From Verrucomicrobiia bacterium (GTDB taxonomy: Bacteria; Verrucomicrobiota; Verrucomicrobiia; Chthoniobacterales; Chthoniobacteraceae), in contig JBEIUI010000001.1 of the NCBI GenBank assembly GCA_040374425.1, forward strand, positions 2,823 through 66,822: a DNA stretch of 64,000 nt. The letters run 5' to 3'. The translations under genes and the position numbers were made by a program. How positions within the stretch are numbered: position 1 is the stretch's first letter; every line of letters begins with the position of its first letter. Below, piece after piece: positions 37,340 to 48,028 of the stretch. Under the pieces are notes generated by a model, which saw nothing but the letters and a program-made list of their open reading frames with translations, had not been told where the DNA came from and made no database searches.

Positions 37340-40123
37340 CTAACCCGTGGTCCGCAGGCCGCTGGCAATCGCATTGATGGTCAACTGCAGCGACGGCAGC
37401 AGGGCGTCGGATTCTAAGTCGTTGCCCACGGCCCGCAACGCCCGCCACTGCCGCAGGAGATGGATTTCCTGGTGGTGAAGAATCTTGAGGGCCTCGCTGC
37501 GGAGCTGCAGGGTTTTGATCATCCGCGGCCGACGTTCCGCCATGGCGCCGCCTCGAACCTTCTCCAACATCTGCCGAGTCAGCTCCCATTCGGCCAAGAT
37601 CTGCGTCCAGAGACGCTCCCGGAGCGCGGGGTCATCGACCAAGTCGGTGTAGGCGCGCATGAGCTCCGGGTCGGAGCTGGCGATTGAAGACTCGATGTTG
37701 GTGAGCACATACCGCAGGAAGGGCCAGGAACGCAGATGCTGACGCAGGGCTTCGAACTCTTCATCGCTGAGCTGGCTGAGCGCGCTGCCAGCCCCATACC
37801 AACCGGGAACGTAGAACCGCGCCTGGTTCCAGCTAAACACCCAGGGGATCGCCCGAAGATCGGCAAGACTGGCTTGACCCGTTCGGCGCGACGGCCGCGA
37901 GCCGATCCGGCTGTGTTCGAGGGCGTCGATGGGAGTTGCCTGCCGGTAAAATGTAAGAAAACCGTCGGCATCCAGCAGGGAGCGGTAGGCGCGCCGGCTT
38001 GACTCGGCGAGTTTCTCAAGAACCGGATCGAGTTCATGCCGGCCATCGGCGGAAACGCCATGGCGCAAGGTGGTGGCGGTGACACCTGCGAGCAGCAGCT
38101 CCAGATTGTAGGCGGCGGTGGCGTTGTTCCCGAATTTCTGGGCGATCGTCTCCCCTTGCTCGGTGAGCCGGATGTCGCCGCTGAGCGACCCCTGGGGCAG
38201 CGCCTCCAGGAACCGGTGTGTGGGACCCGCACCGCGGCTCACCGTGCCGCCGCGTCCGTGGAAAAACCGGATTGCCACCCCCATCTCGCGCCCGACACCG
38301 GCGAGGCGGGACTGCGCCTTCTGGAGCGCCCATTGGCTGGCGAGAATCCCCGCGTCCTTGTTGCTGTCACTGTAACCCACCATCACCTGCTGAAGAAGCG
38401 ATCCGGGGCGCCCGGCGCGTTTGGCGTGAAACGCGAGGCTGGTCCGGGTCACCGGGGTCTGCAGGAACGCCCCGAGAATATCCGGGCCGCGCTCCAGGTC
38501 GTCGATGGTCTCAAAAAGGGGCACCACCGGCAGAAGGCAAACCAAGCCCTCGGGGAAGCTGCGGAGCAGTCCGGCCTCGCGTGCGAGCAGATAAACCACC
38601 AGCAGGTCACTGAGACGCCGGGTCATGCTCACGATAAGGGAACCAAGCCCCTCGGCGCCGTATGTGTCGATGTGGGACGTGAGAACCCGGTAACAGGCCA
38701 GCACGGTGTCGGCCTCCGGGCCGGCTGAGGCGCTCGGATGCAGGAACGGGCGCGGTGAGCGCAGTTCTTTCTCAAGGAACCGTAACCGCTCCGGCTCGGT
38801 CCACTCCTCCCATTGGCTGCCGTCGAGGCCGGCGGCCACCATCAACTGAGAAAGCGCCTTGGAATGGAAAGCCGAGTTCTGACGAACATCGAGCTGGGCG
38901 AGATGAAAGCCGAACACCTCCAGACTCCGAATCACGGGCTGGACATCGGTTTCGATAAGGCGCTGGGCGCCCACCTCGCGAAGCGACTCGCTTAGCGCTT
39001 CCAGATCGGTCCTGAGTTCGTGGGCGAACCGGTAAAGACCCGAGCCCTCACGCACCTGGGCCAGTTGCCCCGGCACCACCTCCACCGGCAGCCGCGCCAG
39101 AATGAGCTGAACCAACCGACGCCAGGGCTCGTTTTGCGGAGCCGCCAGCAGCGCCTCCGCATCGGGCCCAAGCAAACCCGCAATTCGATTGCGGGCTTCA
39201 ATCAAAGACGGCGGCGGCGGCTGCAGCCATTCGGAAAGACTCAGGCGCTCCGCCAACTGCGTGAGGTGCCGGTGCAACACCACCAGGGCATTGGCCCGGA
39301 GCCGGTCGAGCGTCTCGGCGCTGACTTGGGAAGTCACCCCGGGATGCCCGTCGCGATCGCCGCCCACCCAGGTTCCAAAACGGATGCGCGGCAGGTGCGG
39401 AGCGCCGACAAGCGCCTCGGGATCCAACCCGGAAGAACGCCAAGCGAGCTGGAGACGCCCGTCGAGTTCGGGCAAAACGGCCGGAAAAACGTCGCGCAAA
39501 TAATGGAGAAGATTGCGGCGTTCGTCGGTGAGCGTGGGTTTCTCAAGCAGGATCTCGCCGGTGCGCCAGAGCCGTTCGAGCCCGGCTTTCATCCGGTCAC
39601 GCAGGGAAGCACTCTGGCTGGGGGTCAACCGGAGCTGGTCGCGGGTGACGAGCAGGGCGTAGAGGGCCCGGTGCTGGTCGAGCACCGCAAGGCGCTTGGC
39701 TTCCGTCGGGTGCGCCGTGAGCACCGGTTCCACACGGACCTGCGAAAAAGCGCGGGCGATCGCCTCGGCGCTAAATCCCTCCTCGCGGAGCAAAGCGAGC
39801 TGGTTGCCCCAGAGCCCGCGCTCGGAGGGAAGCCCTTCGTTGGTCTCGCGCAGCGCGCGCATGTCCGCGGCGGCGTTCTCTTCCACCATATTGAGGAGCT
39901 GAAACGCGACAGCGTAAACAAGGCCCAGGTGCGGCGGCAGCTCGTCCACCGGCGTCGGTTTGGGCGACCCGCCCCAAGGCAGCTGATCTGCGAGTTCTTT
40001 TTTCCCCAAGCTCTCGAGCACCTCCCGGAAACAGTCCATGAGGAAGGCGAGGTCGCCATCAATCTTCTCGAATCCGAGTGTGAGGTAGTCCGGCAAAATT
40101 TGTCCTTCGGTGGTTGTGCACAT
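37340..40123 (-). CDS. ppc: Phosphoenolpyruvate carboxylase
   Basis: VLTAHPTE, VMVGYSDSNKDAG, FHGRGGTVSRGAGP, and a C-terminal GLRTTG. Confidence 0.95.
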   Translation of the reverse strand: MCTTTEGQILPDYLTLGFEKIDGDLAFLMDCFREVLESLGKKELADQLPWGGSPKPTPVDELPPHLGLVYAVAFQLLNMVEENAAADMRALRETNEGLPSERGLWGNQLALLREEGFSAEAIARAFSQVRVEPVLTAHPTEAKRLAVLDQHRALYALLVTRDQLRLTPSQSASLRDRMKAGLERLWRTGEILLEKPTLTDERRNLLHYLRDVFPAVLPELDGRLQLAWRSSGLDPEALVGAPHLPRIRFGTWVGGDRDGHPGVTSQVSAETLDRLRANALVVLHRHLTQLAERLSLSEWLQPPPPSLIEARNRIAGLLGPDAEALLAAPQNEPWRRLVQLILARLPVEVVPGQLAQVREGSGLYRFAHELRTDLEALSESLREVGAQRLIETDVQPVIRSLEVFGFHLAQLDVRQNSAFHSKALSQLMVAAGLDGSQWEEWTEPERLRFLEKELRSPRPFLHPSASAGPEADTVLACYRVLTSHIDTYGAEGLGSLIVSMTRRLSDLLVVYLLAREAGLLRSFPEGLVCLLPVVPLFETIDDLERGPDILGAFLQTPVTRTSLAFHAKRAGRPGSLLQQVMVGYSDSNKDAGILASQWALQKAQSRLAGVGREMGVAIRFFHGRGGTVSRGAGPTHRFLEALPQGSLSGDIRLTEQGETIAQKFGNNATAAYNLELLLAGVTATTLRHGVSADGRHELDPVLEKLAESSRRAYRSLLDADGFLTFYRQATPIDALEHSRIGSRPSRRTGQASLADLRAIPWVFSWNQARFYVPGWYGAGSALSQLSDEEFEALRQHLRSWPFLRYVLTNIESSIASSDPELMRAYTDLVDDPALRERLWTQILAEWELTRQMLEKVRGGAMAERRPRMIKTLQLRSEALKILHHQEIHLLRQWRALRAVGNDLESDALLPSLQLTINAIASGLRTTG

Positions 40124-40235
40124 GCCGGGGTCCTTCTCTGCCCATCCAACAGCCTCAGAGCAAGCCTTTCGACGCAGCAAACCCGCTTTGCTCTTCCCGT
40201 GCGGGGTTCAAATTTGCACAGATGTGCCCTTTTCC

Positions 40236-41378
40236 ATGAATACCGTCCGTGTCGATGTAGATCTTGGCCCGCGTAGTTACCCCGTTTTGATCGGCCCGGA
40301 TTTGTTGCGAGGTTTGGGGGACCTGCTGCGCAAACACGGGCTCAATCAAACCCAGGCGTTTGTGATCACCAACGCGGCGGTGGGCGCCCTCTACTTTGAG
40401 CGCGTGGAGGCCTCCCTCCGGGAAGCGGGCTTTCTGCGGGTGGTCCGCCATGACATCCCGGCAAGCGAGGAGGGCAAGAACTGGGAGGAGTTTTCGGGGA
40501 GCTGCGCCGCGCTCCTCGAGGCGTTTCCAGAGACGGGCTCCGTCCCCCTGGTGCTCCTGCTCGGCGGCGGCGTTGTTGGAGATCTCGGCGGGTTCGTGGC
40601 CGGCGTGTTTCGGCGCGGGGTGCCCTTTGTTCAGCTCCCCACCACGCTGCTCTCGGCGGTGGACTCGAGCGTCGGCGGCAAGGTCGCCGTCAATTTCGGC
40701 GGAGTAAAAAACATCATGGGTATCTTCAACCAACCGAGTCTGGTCGTTTGCGACCTCTCCACGCTCGCAACGCTCAGCAGCAGGGAACTGCGCAGCGGCA
40801 TGGCCGAGGTCGTCAAATACGGCGGGGTCTGTTCGCGCTCCCTTTTTGAGCAGCTCGAAGGCGACCACGGCCGGGGTGCCCTCGAAAAAATGCTCGCGCT
40901 GGATCCGCCCACCCTCACCGACGTGGTCGCCCAGTGCGTCAGGCTCAAAGCGGGCGTGGTAGCCCAGGACGAGTTCGACAAAAAAGGGATCCGCAACGTG
41001 CTCAACTTCGGACACACGATCGGACACGCCCTCGAACTCTCCGCCGATTACGCGCTGGCGCACGGGGAAGCAATCGCCATCGGCATGATGGCCGCCACGC
41101 GGTTGGCCCTTTCCCTGGGACTTTGCGAGCCGGCGTTTTTATCCAGGCTCGAATCCCTGCTCCAACGCGCTGGACTGCCCCTGAGCCACCCCGATCTCCC
41201 GGGCCTGTTTGAGCGCGTCCTCAGAGCCATGCAGATGGACAAGAAATTCAAGGACGGCAAAAACCTTTTTGTTCTGCCGACGGGCGTGGGCACTTGGCAA
41301 CAGGTGCAGAACGTCCCCTGGGGCCTCGTCCATGCCGCTGTGCGCTCGGTGCTGCTCAACGTCACTGGGGACAACTGA
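40236..41378 (+). CDS. aroB: 3-dehydroquinate synthase
   Basis: LLGGGVVGDLGGFVAG, LPTTLLSAVDSSVGGKVAVN, and NFGHTIGHALE metal ligands. Confidence 0.93.
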   Translation: MNTVRVDVDLGPRSYPVLIGPDLLRGLGDLLRKHGLNQTQAFVITNAAVGALYFERVEASLREAGFLRVVRHDIPASEEGKNWEEFSGSCAALLEAFPETGSVPLVLLLGGGVVGDLGGFVAGVFRRGVPFVQLPTTLLSAVDSSVGGKVAVNFGGVKNIMGIFNQPSLVVCDLSTLATLSSRELRSGMAEVVKYGGVCSRSLFEQLEGDHGRGALEKMLALDPPTLTDVVAQCVRLKAGVVAQDEFDKKGIRNVLNFGHTIGHALELSADYALAHGEAIAIGMMAATRLALSLGLCEPAFLSRLESLLQRAGLPLSHPDLPGLFERVLRAMQMDKKFKDGKNLFVLPTGVGTWQQVQNVPWGLVHAAVRSVLLNVTGDN

Positions 41379-41534
41379 CCCGAAAAACTGCGGAGAAACG
41401 CCGGGAAGGGCGGCAGCCTTTCGCGTCCGGAAATGCGGCGGGATCGGGGCAAACCCGGGGCTCGACAAGGAACGTTACCTTTTGAGACCGGGTGCCTTGC
41501 CAAGCCCGTTGCGCAGGTCTAAAACGCTCGCCCC

Positions 41535-42593
41535 ATGAAAACCCTTCGCGAGCAGTACGACGGCGTCGAGCGCCTTCTCGAATTCGATTTTGTCCGGGCA
41601 ACCGAAAACGCCTCTCTGAACTCTCTTAAATGGCTGGGACGCGGGGAGAAAGAACTAGCCGACGCGGCCGCCTGCGACGCGATTCGGGGGATGTTCGACA
41701 ACATGGACATCAGCGCGGAGGTGGTGATCGGGGAAGGCATTAAAGACAACGCCCCGGGTATCTTCAAAGGCGAACACCTGGGGTCTTGGAAGCCGGGAAC
41801 CACCCGTTTTGACATCGCGCTCGACCCAATCGACGGCACGACCAACATCGCCAAAGGCTCGCCCAACTCGATTTCCTGCATCGCGGCGGCCATTGTTCAG
41901 GAGGGCGAAAAATACTCCCTCAAAGACATCCCGTCTTTCTACATGATCAAGCTCGCTTACGGCCCGGAGGTGGTCAATCACATGGCCCGCACCGGGGTGA
42001 GCTCCCTTTCCCTGCTCAGCCCCGTTTCGGAGAACATCCAGGCCGTGGCGGATATCCTCAAAAAACGCGTGCAGGACGTTGTGGTGCTGGTCATGGACCG
42101 GCCACGGCATCAGAAACTCGTGGAGGAAATCCGGGCCACCGGAGCCGCGCTGCGGATGATTTCCGACGGCGACATCGCGGCAGCGCTCGCTCCGTCCATT
42201 CCCGACTCGGGGGTGGATCTTTTTGTGGGCACGGGCGGGTCACCGGAGGCGGTGCTGGCCTCCGCCGCGCTCAAATGCCTGGGAGGCGACATGCAGTCCA
42301 TGATGTGGCCGCGGGACGAGGCGGAGCGCAAAGAACTCATCGAGCAGGGATACGGAGAGGAACTCTCGAAGCTCTTTTACGCCGGGGACCTCGCCCAAGG
42401 CCCCAACATCATCTTTTGCGCGACGGGCATCAGCGACAGCCCACTACTGCGCGGGGTGCGAGTCCACAAACACCGGGCCATCACCCAGACCGTGCTGATG
42501 CGGGCCAAAACCCATTCCCTGCGCTACATCGAGACGCATCACGAGTTACGCACCAAAAAAATCCCGCTCCGGTCCGAAAACCGCGACCAATAG
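41535..42593 (+). CDS. glpX: Class II fructose-1,6-bisphosphatase
   Basis: RATENASLNSLKWLGRGEKELADAAA, IGEGIKDNAPGI, LDPIDGTT, GTGGSPEAVLAS. Confidence 0.93.
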   Translation: MKTLREQYDGVERLLEFDFVRATENASLNSLKWLGRGEKELADAAACDAIRGMFDNMDISAEVVIGEGIKDNAPGIFKGEHLGSWKPGTTRFDIALDPIDGTTNIAKGSPNSISCIAAAIVQEGEKYSLKDIPSFYMIKLAYGPEVVNHMARTGVSSLSLLSPVSENIQAVADILKKRVQDVVVLVMDRPRHQKLVEEIRATGAALRMISDGDIAAALAPSIPDSGVDLFVGTGGSPEAVLASAALKCLGGDMQSMMWPRDEAERKELIEQGYGEELSKLFYAGDLAQGPNIIFCATGISDSPLLRGVRVHKHRAITQTVLMRAKTHSLRYIETHHELRTKKIPLRSENRDQ

Positions 42594-42608
42594 CGGGCCC
42601 CAGCTCTC

Positions 42609-43349
42609 ATGGGGACTCCCGCACTGGAAACCCGCATGGCTCTGCGCGAACGCCCCGCGCAGACCCCCGTCATGTTCCAACGCTGGGAAGACCTCCTTTT
42701 CCTCCATTGGGAGGCCGATCCGGAAGCCCTTCAGCGCACGTTGCCTCCGGGCCTCCATGTCGATCTCTTCCAAGGCCGCGCCTACCTCGGGATCGTGCCG
42801 TTCCGGATGCGCCGGGTCCGCCCACGGGGATTCCCGGCGCTGCCTTGGGTCTCCGATTTTCTGGAATTCAACGTGCGCACCTACGTCCACGACGAAAACG
42901 GCCAGCCCGGCGTCTGGTTCTACAGTCTCGACTGCAACCAACCCTTGGCAGTCTGGATCGCCCGCACTTTTTTTCACCTCCCGTATTTCCGCGCCGCGCT
43001 CTCTGCCAGCAACGAATCGGGCACACTTCGGTTCGAGTCCCGGCGTCGGACAGGGCCCCCTGCGGAGGCCGCTTTTGCCTACCGCTGCGGGACGGTTTTG
43101 GAGAGGGCGGCCCCGGGCTCCCTGGAGTTCTTTCTGGTTGAACGCTACCTGCTGTATGCGTTCCGAGCCGGGCAGCTGCGACGCGGCCGGGTGCATCACC
43201 CGCCCTATCGCCTTTGCAACCCCGAGTTGCAGACTTGTGATTTAAACGGAATCACGCCCGCCGGGCTCTCCGCGCTACCCGACTCCTCGCCACACGTCTT
43301 GGCTTCGCCGGGAGTCGATGTGGAGATCTTCGGCCTGGAACGAGCCTGA
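42609..43349 (+). CDS. YqjF/DUF2071 family protein
   Basis: MFQRWEDLLFLHWEADPEALQRTLPPGL...AYLGIVPFRM is typical of DUF2071. Confidence 0.7.
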   Translation: MGTPALETRMALRERPAQTPVMFQRWEDLLFLHWEADPEALQRTLPPGLHVDLFQGRAYLGIVPFRMRRVRPRGFPALPWVSDFLEFNVRTYVHDENGQPGVWFYSLDCNQPLAVWIARTFFHLPYFRAALSASNESGTLRFESRRRTGPPAEAAFAYRCGTVLERAAPGSLEFFLVERYLLYAFRAGQLRRGRVHHPPYRLCNPELQTCDLNGITPAGLSALPDSSPHVLASPGVDVEIFGLERA

Positions 43350-43457
43350 CGACAACTTTTACCGCCCAGGGGATGCGTCCGCTCCGGGAACACCGTTTGA
43401 GTGGTGAATACCGGAAACATGCCTCGCCCGCCCACCCTCGCTTCCAGACAACCTGCT

Positions 43458-44138
43458 CTAATGGCGAGTCACAAAAGTCTTGGAGCCCGTGCGCAGATCC
43501 TTGATCACGGTGCAGAGATAAACCGGGGCCGGGTAAACCTCGCGGTATTTGGTGATCTCAGCCTTGTTGAACACCCGGAATCCGTAGCGTTCGAAGAGTT
43601 TCGCGCCGCGCCGCTCCTCGAACACGACCATTTGGCCGTAAACGGCGGGCACACCGTGCTGGCGGAGATGATCGAGGAACCCCTCCACCAAGGCCCGCGT
43701 GGTGGCGAGCTGGCGGGCTTCTGGGAGGAGATTGAGATGGAAATGCGCCATGCGCCGGGGGGCGTCGGGCACTTCTTTCCGTGCCCGGCGCAAAATCCAG
43801 CGCACAAACTTCTTCGATGCGGGGTTATACCGCGGATACCGGGCGACCCCGCGCAGGAAAAGGCTGAGCGCCTGGAAAACTCCGTGGCACTGCTGGCGAA
43901 ACCAGCGCCGGGCGCCGAGCAGGTAACCGCAAATCTCGCCGTTGACGAGCACGACAAACGCCGACTCCGGCTCCCAATCGGTGTAGTAAGCCGTCAGATA
44001 ATCGGCGAAGAGCTCCAGATCCTCGAACACCGGTGCGATGGAGTTCCCCAGAAACCCCGTGGCGCAGCACAGTTCCCTGACCCGAGCCCGATCGCCCGGC
44101 TCATACCTGCGGATCTCGATGTGGCGCGGGGTAGTCAC
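43458..44138 (-). CDS. GNAT-family N-acetyltransferase
   Basis: IEIRRYEPGDRARVRELC at the N-terminus and RRGAKLFERYGF as the acetyl-CoA loop. It overlaps the upstream GT4 gene by 4 nt. Confidence 0.7.
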   Translation of the reverse strand: MTTPRHIEIRRYEPGDRARVRELCCATGFLGNSIAPVFEDLELFADYLTAYYTDWEPESAFVVLVNGEICGYLLGARRWFRQQCHGVFQALSLFLRGVARYPRYNPASKKFVRWILRRARKEVPDAPRRMAHFHLNLLPEARQLATTRALVEGFLDHLRQHGVPAVYGQMVVFEERRGAKLFERYGFRVFNKAEITKYREVYPAPVYLCTVIKDLRTGSKTFVTRH

Positions 44139-45337
44139 AGTTTTGAGCCGCGCCGGGCGAAGTCGCGGACGACTTCCCGGTAGATTTCAAAAAGGCGCCC
44201 GAAAACTTCGGGCCATCCGTATTGGGAGGCGACCCGGGCGTGCAGACCCAGGGGATCGGTTTTTGAAGGCTGTCGCGTGGTCTCATCGATCGCCGCCGCC
44301 AGAGCCTCCGCCGAGTTTTCACGGGCCCAGAGGGTTTGGTCACTGTGCACGATCCGGTCCATGTAACTGCCCCGGATGCCGAGGACCGGGGTGCCGCAGG
44401 CTTGGGCTTCCAAGGTGACCAGGCCGAAGGTTTCCTGAACGCCGGGATGCACGAAAAGATCCGCCCCGCGATAGATCCGGGCCAGCCGTTCGGGCTCTTC
44501 GCAATGCGACATCCAATGCACCGGAGAGCCGGCCCCGTCGCTGAGATCCCGTTGCAAAGCCTGGAGTTCGCCTCTTTGGAGGCCGTCACCGACCACGAGC
44601 AGTTGGAACCGGCCGGGGCAGCGGCTATGGAGCAGCCGAAAGGCTTGGAACAACGTGTGGGTGTTTTTCTCCTGCGCCAGCCGCCCGACATAGAGCAGCA
44701 GAATCGGCCCGGCGGGGATGCCCCATTCGGCCCGGACATCCTCACCGGGCTGCGGCTGCGGCCGGAAACAGGCCGCATCCACCCCCAGATCCGTGGTGAC
44801 GAGATTTTCCACACCCCATTGTTTTAAAACCTCGGCCAATGCCGGGGCGGGCACCAAGGTCCGCTCAAACCGGTTGTAAAGCTGGCGCACATAACACCGG
44901 GCAAGGCCCATTGAAAATTCCGTAGCCGTGCGGCCCAGGAACTTCTGGGCGGAGCGCAAATAGGCTTCCGGGAAATGGGAATGATAAAAGCCCACGACAG
45001 GGATCCGGAGGGCGGCGCCGGAAAACACTGCTTTCCAAGCGAGCTGATACGGGTCCCCGGACTCGATCAAATCGGGGCGTTCCTGCTCCAGAACCCGCGC
45101 CACCGCCTGGAGCCGGACCAGTGCCCGGTACTGCGAGGTGCGGGAGATCAGCGGGGAACGCACGGTGTAAACCCGGGAACGATCAGACTGGGACACCTCA
45201 TCGCGGTCCCCGGGGATGATGAGGACGTGTTCGTCGGCCGTGGTGTGCTCGCGCACGTAGCGCACCTTCTCAGACACGTACCGCTTCACCCCTCCGCTTA
45301 AAGGGGAATAAAACTGCGTAAGATCGCAGATTTTCAC
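44135..45337 (-). CDS. Glycosyltransferase family 4 (GT-B fold)
   Basis: MKICDLTQFYSPLSGGVKRYV at the N-terminus and a C-terminal E-x7-E region (ETFGLVTLEAQACGTPV). Confidence 0.85.
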   Translation of the reverse strand: MKICDLTQFYSPLSGGVKRYVSEKVRYVREHTTADEHVLIIPGDRDEVSQSDRSRVYTVRSPLISRTSQYRALVRLQAVARVLEQERPDLIESGDPYQLAWKAVFSGAALRIPVVGFYHSHFPEAYLRSAQKFLGRTATEFSMGLARCYVRQLYNRFERTLVPAPALAEVLKQWGVENLVTTDLGVDAACFRPQPQPGEDVRAEWGIPAGPILLLYVGRLAQEKNTHTLFQAFRLLHSRCPGRFQLLVVGDGLQRGELQALQRDLSDGAGSPVHWMSHCEEPERLARIYRGADLFVHPGVQETFGLVTLEAQACGTPVLGIRGSYMDRIVHSDQTLWARENSAEALAAAIDETTRQPSKTDPLGLHARVASQYGWPEVFGRLFEIYREVVRDFARRGSKL

Positions 45338-45418
45338 TCCAGGAAAGAACTGGCAACCGGGCGGAAACCGGGCGGGGCGTTGCCCCCGGCCCGATACACC
45401 CGGCTTTTTCGGCCCGGG

Positions 45419-46345
45419 TTATTCAGCCCCGAGATCCGCCAGGTAACGCTCCGCATCCAGAGCGGCCGCGCACCCCTGTCCCGCTGCTGTGATGGCTTGG
45501 CGGTAGACGTGGTCGGCCACGTCGCCCGCGGCGAACACCCCGGGCACGTTGGTCTGAGTGCCTTTACGCTGGAGCAGGTAACCGTTTTCGTCCATGTCGA
45601 GCTTGCCAACACACGGCCGGGTGTTGGGCACGTGGCCGATGGCCACAAACACGCATTTGACCTCCAGATCGCGGGTTTCCCCGGTCTTGAGGGAGCGAAT
45701 TTTTAGGGCCCGCATTTCGCCAGTCTCATCCGTGAGATACTCCACGGGGGCGGTGTCCCAGAGCGGCTCGATCTTGGGATTGGCCAGCGCGCGTTCGGCC
45801 ATGATCTTGGAAGCGCGCAGGGTGTCCCGGCGATGGATGAGATATACCTTGGAAGCGAACCGGGTCAGAAACGAAGCCTCCTCGCAGGCGGAATCCCCGC
45901 CGCCCACGACGCACACGGGCACATTCCGGTAAAACGCGCCGTCGCAGGTGGCGCAGGAAGTCAGTCCGTGGCCGACGAGCGCTTTTTCGCCGGGCAACCC
46001 CAGCCACCGGGCGGATGCCCCGCTGGCCACGATGAGGGTGCGAGTGTCGACCCATTGGTCGTCGAGTTTCACACGGACAAAATCGTTCTGCGGCTCAAAA
46101 TCTGTAACCCCGGCGTATTGGAACCGGGCACCGAACCTCTCGGCCTGAGCCTTCATGTTCATAATGAGTTCGGGCCCCTCGATGCCCTCCTTAAACCCGG
46201 GGAAATTTTCCACCAACGTAGTGGTGCTGAGCTGGCCGCCGGGTTCGTGGCCCTCGAGCACCAGGGGAGAGAAATTGGCGCGTGCCGCGTAAATTGCGGC
46301 AGTCAGGCCGGCGCAACCGGTTCCGACGATGATCATCTTTTCCAT
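45419..46345 (-). CDS. trxB: Thioredoxin-disulfide reductase
   Basis: IVGTGCAGLTAAIYAARA, redox-active CATCDG, GGGDSACEEA, GVFAAGDV. Confidence 0.95.
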   Translation of the reverse strand: MEKMIIVGTGCAGLTAAIYAARANFSPLVLEGHEPGGQLSTTTLVENFPGFKEGIEGPELIMNMKAQAERFGARFQYAGVTDFEPQNDFVRVKLDDQWVDTRTLIVASGASARWLGLPGEKALVGHGLTSCATCDGAFYRNVPVCVVGGGDSACEEASFLTRFASKVYLIHRRDTLRASKIMAERALANPKIEPLWDTAPVEYLTDETGEMRALKIRSLKTGETRDLEVKCVFVAIGHVPNTRPCVGKLDMDENGYLLQRKGTQTNVPGVFAAGDVADHVYRQAITAAGQGCAAALDAERYLADLGAE

Positions 46346-46514
46346 AATGGGCGCAGAGTTAAGCGGAGCGACTCGGGAGGCGCAAACGCCTTCTCAATCC
46401 GCGCCCGGAAAGGGTTTTCCCAATTCCGCTGCCTGAATACTCGACGCATTGGCAGGAAACTGGCTCATTCCGAAAGTTGTCGTGAAACGTCTCCGCCAGA
46501 ACCTGCCCCAAAAA

Positions 46515-48008
46515 ATGAACAAACCGGCGCCCGCAAGCTCAGCCAAGCATTACGTGCTGGATACCAACGTGCTGATCCACGACCCGCAGTCGATGTTTCA
46601 GTTTGAGGAAAACAACGTCTGGCTGCCCGTGGAAGTACTCGAGGAGCTCGACCGGTTTAAATCCGAGTCCACAACCCGGGGCGCAAACGCACGCGAAGTG
46701 CACCGGCGCTTGAACGAGCGTTTCAGCACCACAGAACACATGAAAGCTGGGGTGCCTCTGGAAAACGGGGGCCGGCTCCGGGTGTGCATCAACCCGCACA
46801 TCAAATTTGACGAGCGCGGCTGGCAGATTCTTAACGCGTCCTCCCGGTTCAAGATGGTTAAGGCGCTTTTCCCGGACCTCACCCTGGCCGACAACCGGAT
46901 CCTGGCCAGCGCGGTGTACGTGGCCGACACCCAGACCTCGCAGACCATCCTGGTCACCAAGGACATCAACATGCAGCTCAAAGCCCGCACCCTGGGGCTG
47001 GAGGCGGAGGATTACCGGACCGACCGGGTGGAGGACAATGACATCCGGCGCAGCCAACGCCCGAGTGCCAGCGAGGAGGTCGAAACCATCGATATCCCCG
47101 GCTACACCCTCCAGGCATTTGCGAGCCAGGAACATCTCGCGCTCAAGGACTGCGCGCAACTCTTGCCCAACCAATACGTGCTCCTTCGCAACGAAGAAGA
47201 ACACAGCCACGGAGTCCCGGCCCGGCACTTTCGCGGAGGCGAGTTCCGCAAGCTGCGGCACGACCACATTACCATCCGCGGGGGACGCACCTTTCAGGCC
47301 GCCAACCTCGGCCAACGTTTCCTGCTCGACGCCCTCTACGACCCCGAGATCACCCTGGTGACCGTCTACGGCAAAGCCGGCACGGGAAAAACCCTGCTCA
47401 CCGTGGGAGCCGCCCTCGAGCAGGTTCAGAACGGGGATTACGAAAAAATGCTCATCACCCGGGTCATCATGCCGACCGGGCGCGACATCGGCTTTCTGCC
47501 CGGGCGTATGGAGGAAAAAATGCAGCCCTGGGTTCAGCCCGCCTACGACGCTTTGGAGCAGCTGCTTTCGCGTCCGCGCAAGCCCGAGCAGTTCGACAAG
47601 AAAAAGCAGAGCGCGCGCAAAACCAACACCGCGCCGGCAAAGCCGCAGCCGCCGACGCCCGGCAAAGTCGCGCGGCCTTACGAACCGCTGATGCAGGCGG
47701 GACTGCTGGAGATCGAGGCCATCGCGCATATCCGCGGGCGTTCGATCCCCCGGGCGATTTTCATCGTGGATGAAGCCCAGCAACTCACCCCGCACGAGGC
47801 CAAAACGCTGGTCACCCGCATGGGCAAAGGCAGCAAAATCATCATGATCGGGGACTTGGCGCAGATCGACAACCCGTATGTGGACGCCCACACCAACGGT
47901 CTGGTTTACACGCGCAACCGGCTGCAGGGAGAGAATTTCATGGCACACGTGAACCTCTTCAAGGGCGAACGCAGCGAGATGGCGGAGGTGGCCGCCAACC
48001 TCATGTGA
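46515..48008 (+). CDS. PIN-domain plus PhoH-like ATPase (YlaK family)
   Basis: YVLDTNVLIHDP (PIN), Walker A GKAGTGKTLL, Walker B IFIVDEAQQLTPHE. Confidence 0.9.
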   Translation: MNKPAPASSAKHYVLDTNVLIHDPQSMFQFEENNVWLPVEVLEELDRFKSESTTRGANAREVHRRLNERFSTTEHMKAGVPLENGGRLRVCINPHIKFDERGWQILNASSRFKMVKALFPDLTLADNRILASAVYVADTQTSQTILVTKDINMQLKARTLGLEAEDYRTDRVEDNDIRRSQRPSASEEVETIDIPGYTLQAFASQEHLALKDCAQLLPNQYVLLRNEEEHSHGVPARHFRGGEFRKLRHDHITIRGGRTFQAANLGQRFLLDALYDPEITLVTVYGKAGTGKTLLTVGAALEQVQNGDYEKMLITRVIMPTGRDIGFLPGRMEEKMQPWVQPAYDALEQLLSRPRKPEQFDKKKQSARKTNTAPAKPQPPTPGKVARPYEPLMQAGLLEIEAIAHIRGRSIPRAIFIVDEAQQLTPHEAKTLVTRMGKGSKIIMIGDLAQIDNPYVDAHTNGLVYTRNRLQGENFMAHVNLFKGERSEMAEVAANLM

Positions 48009-48028
48009 TTCCAGCTGCGCCAGACTCC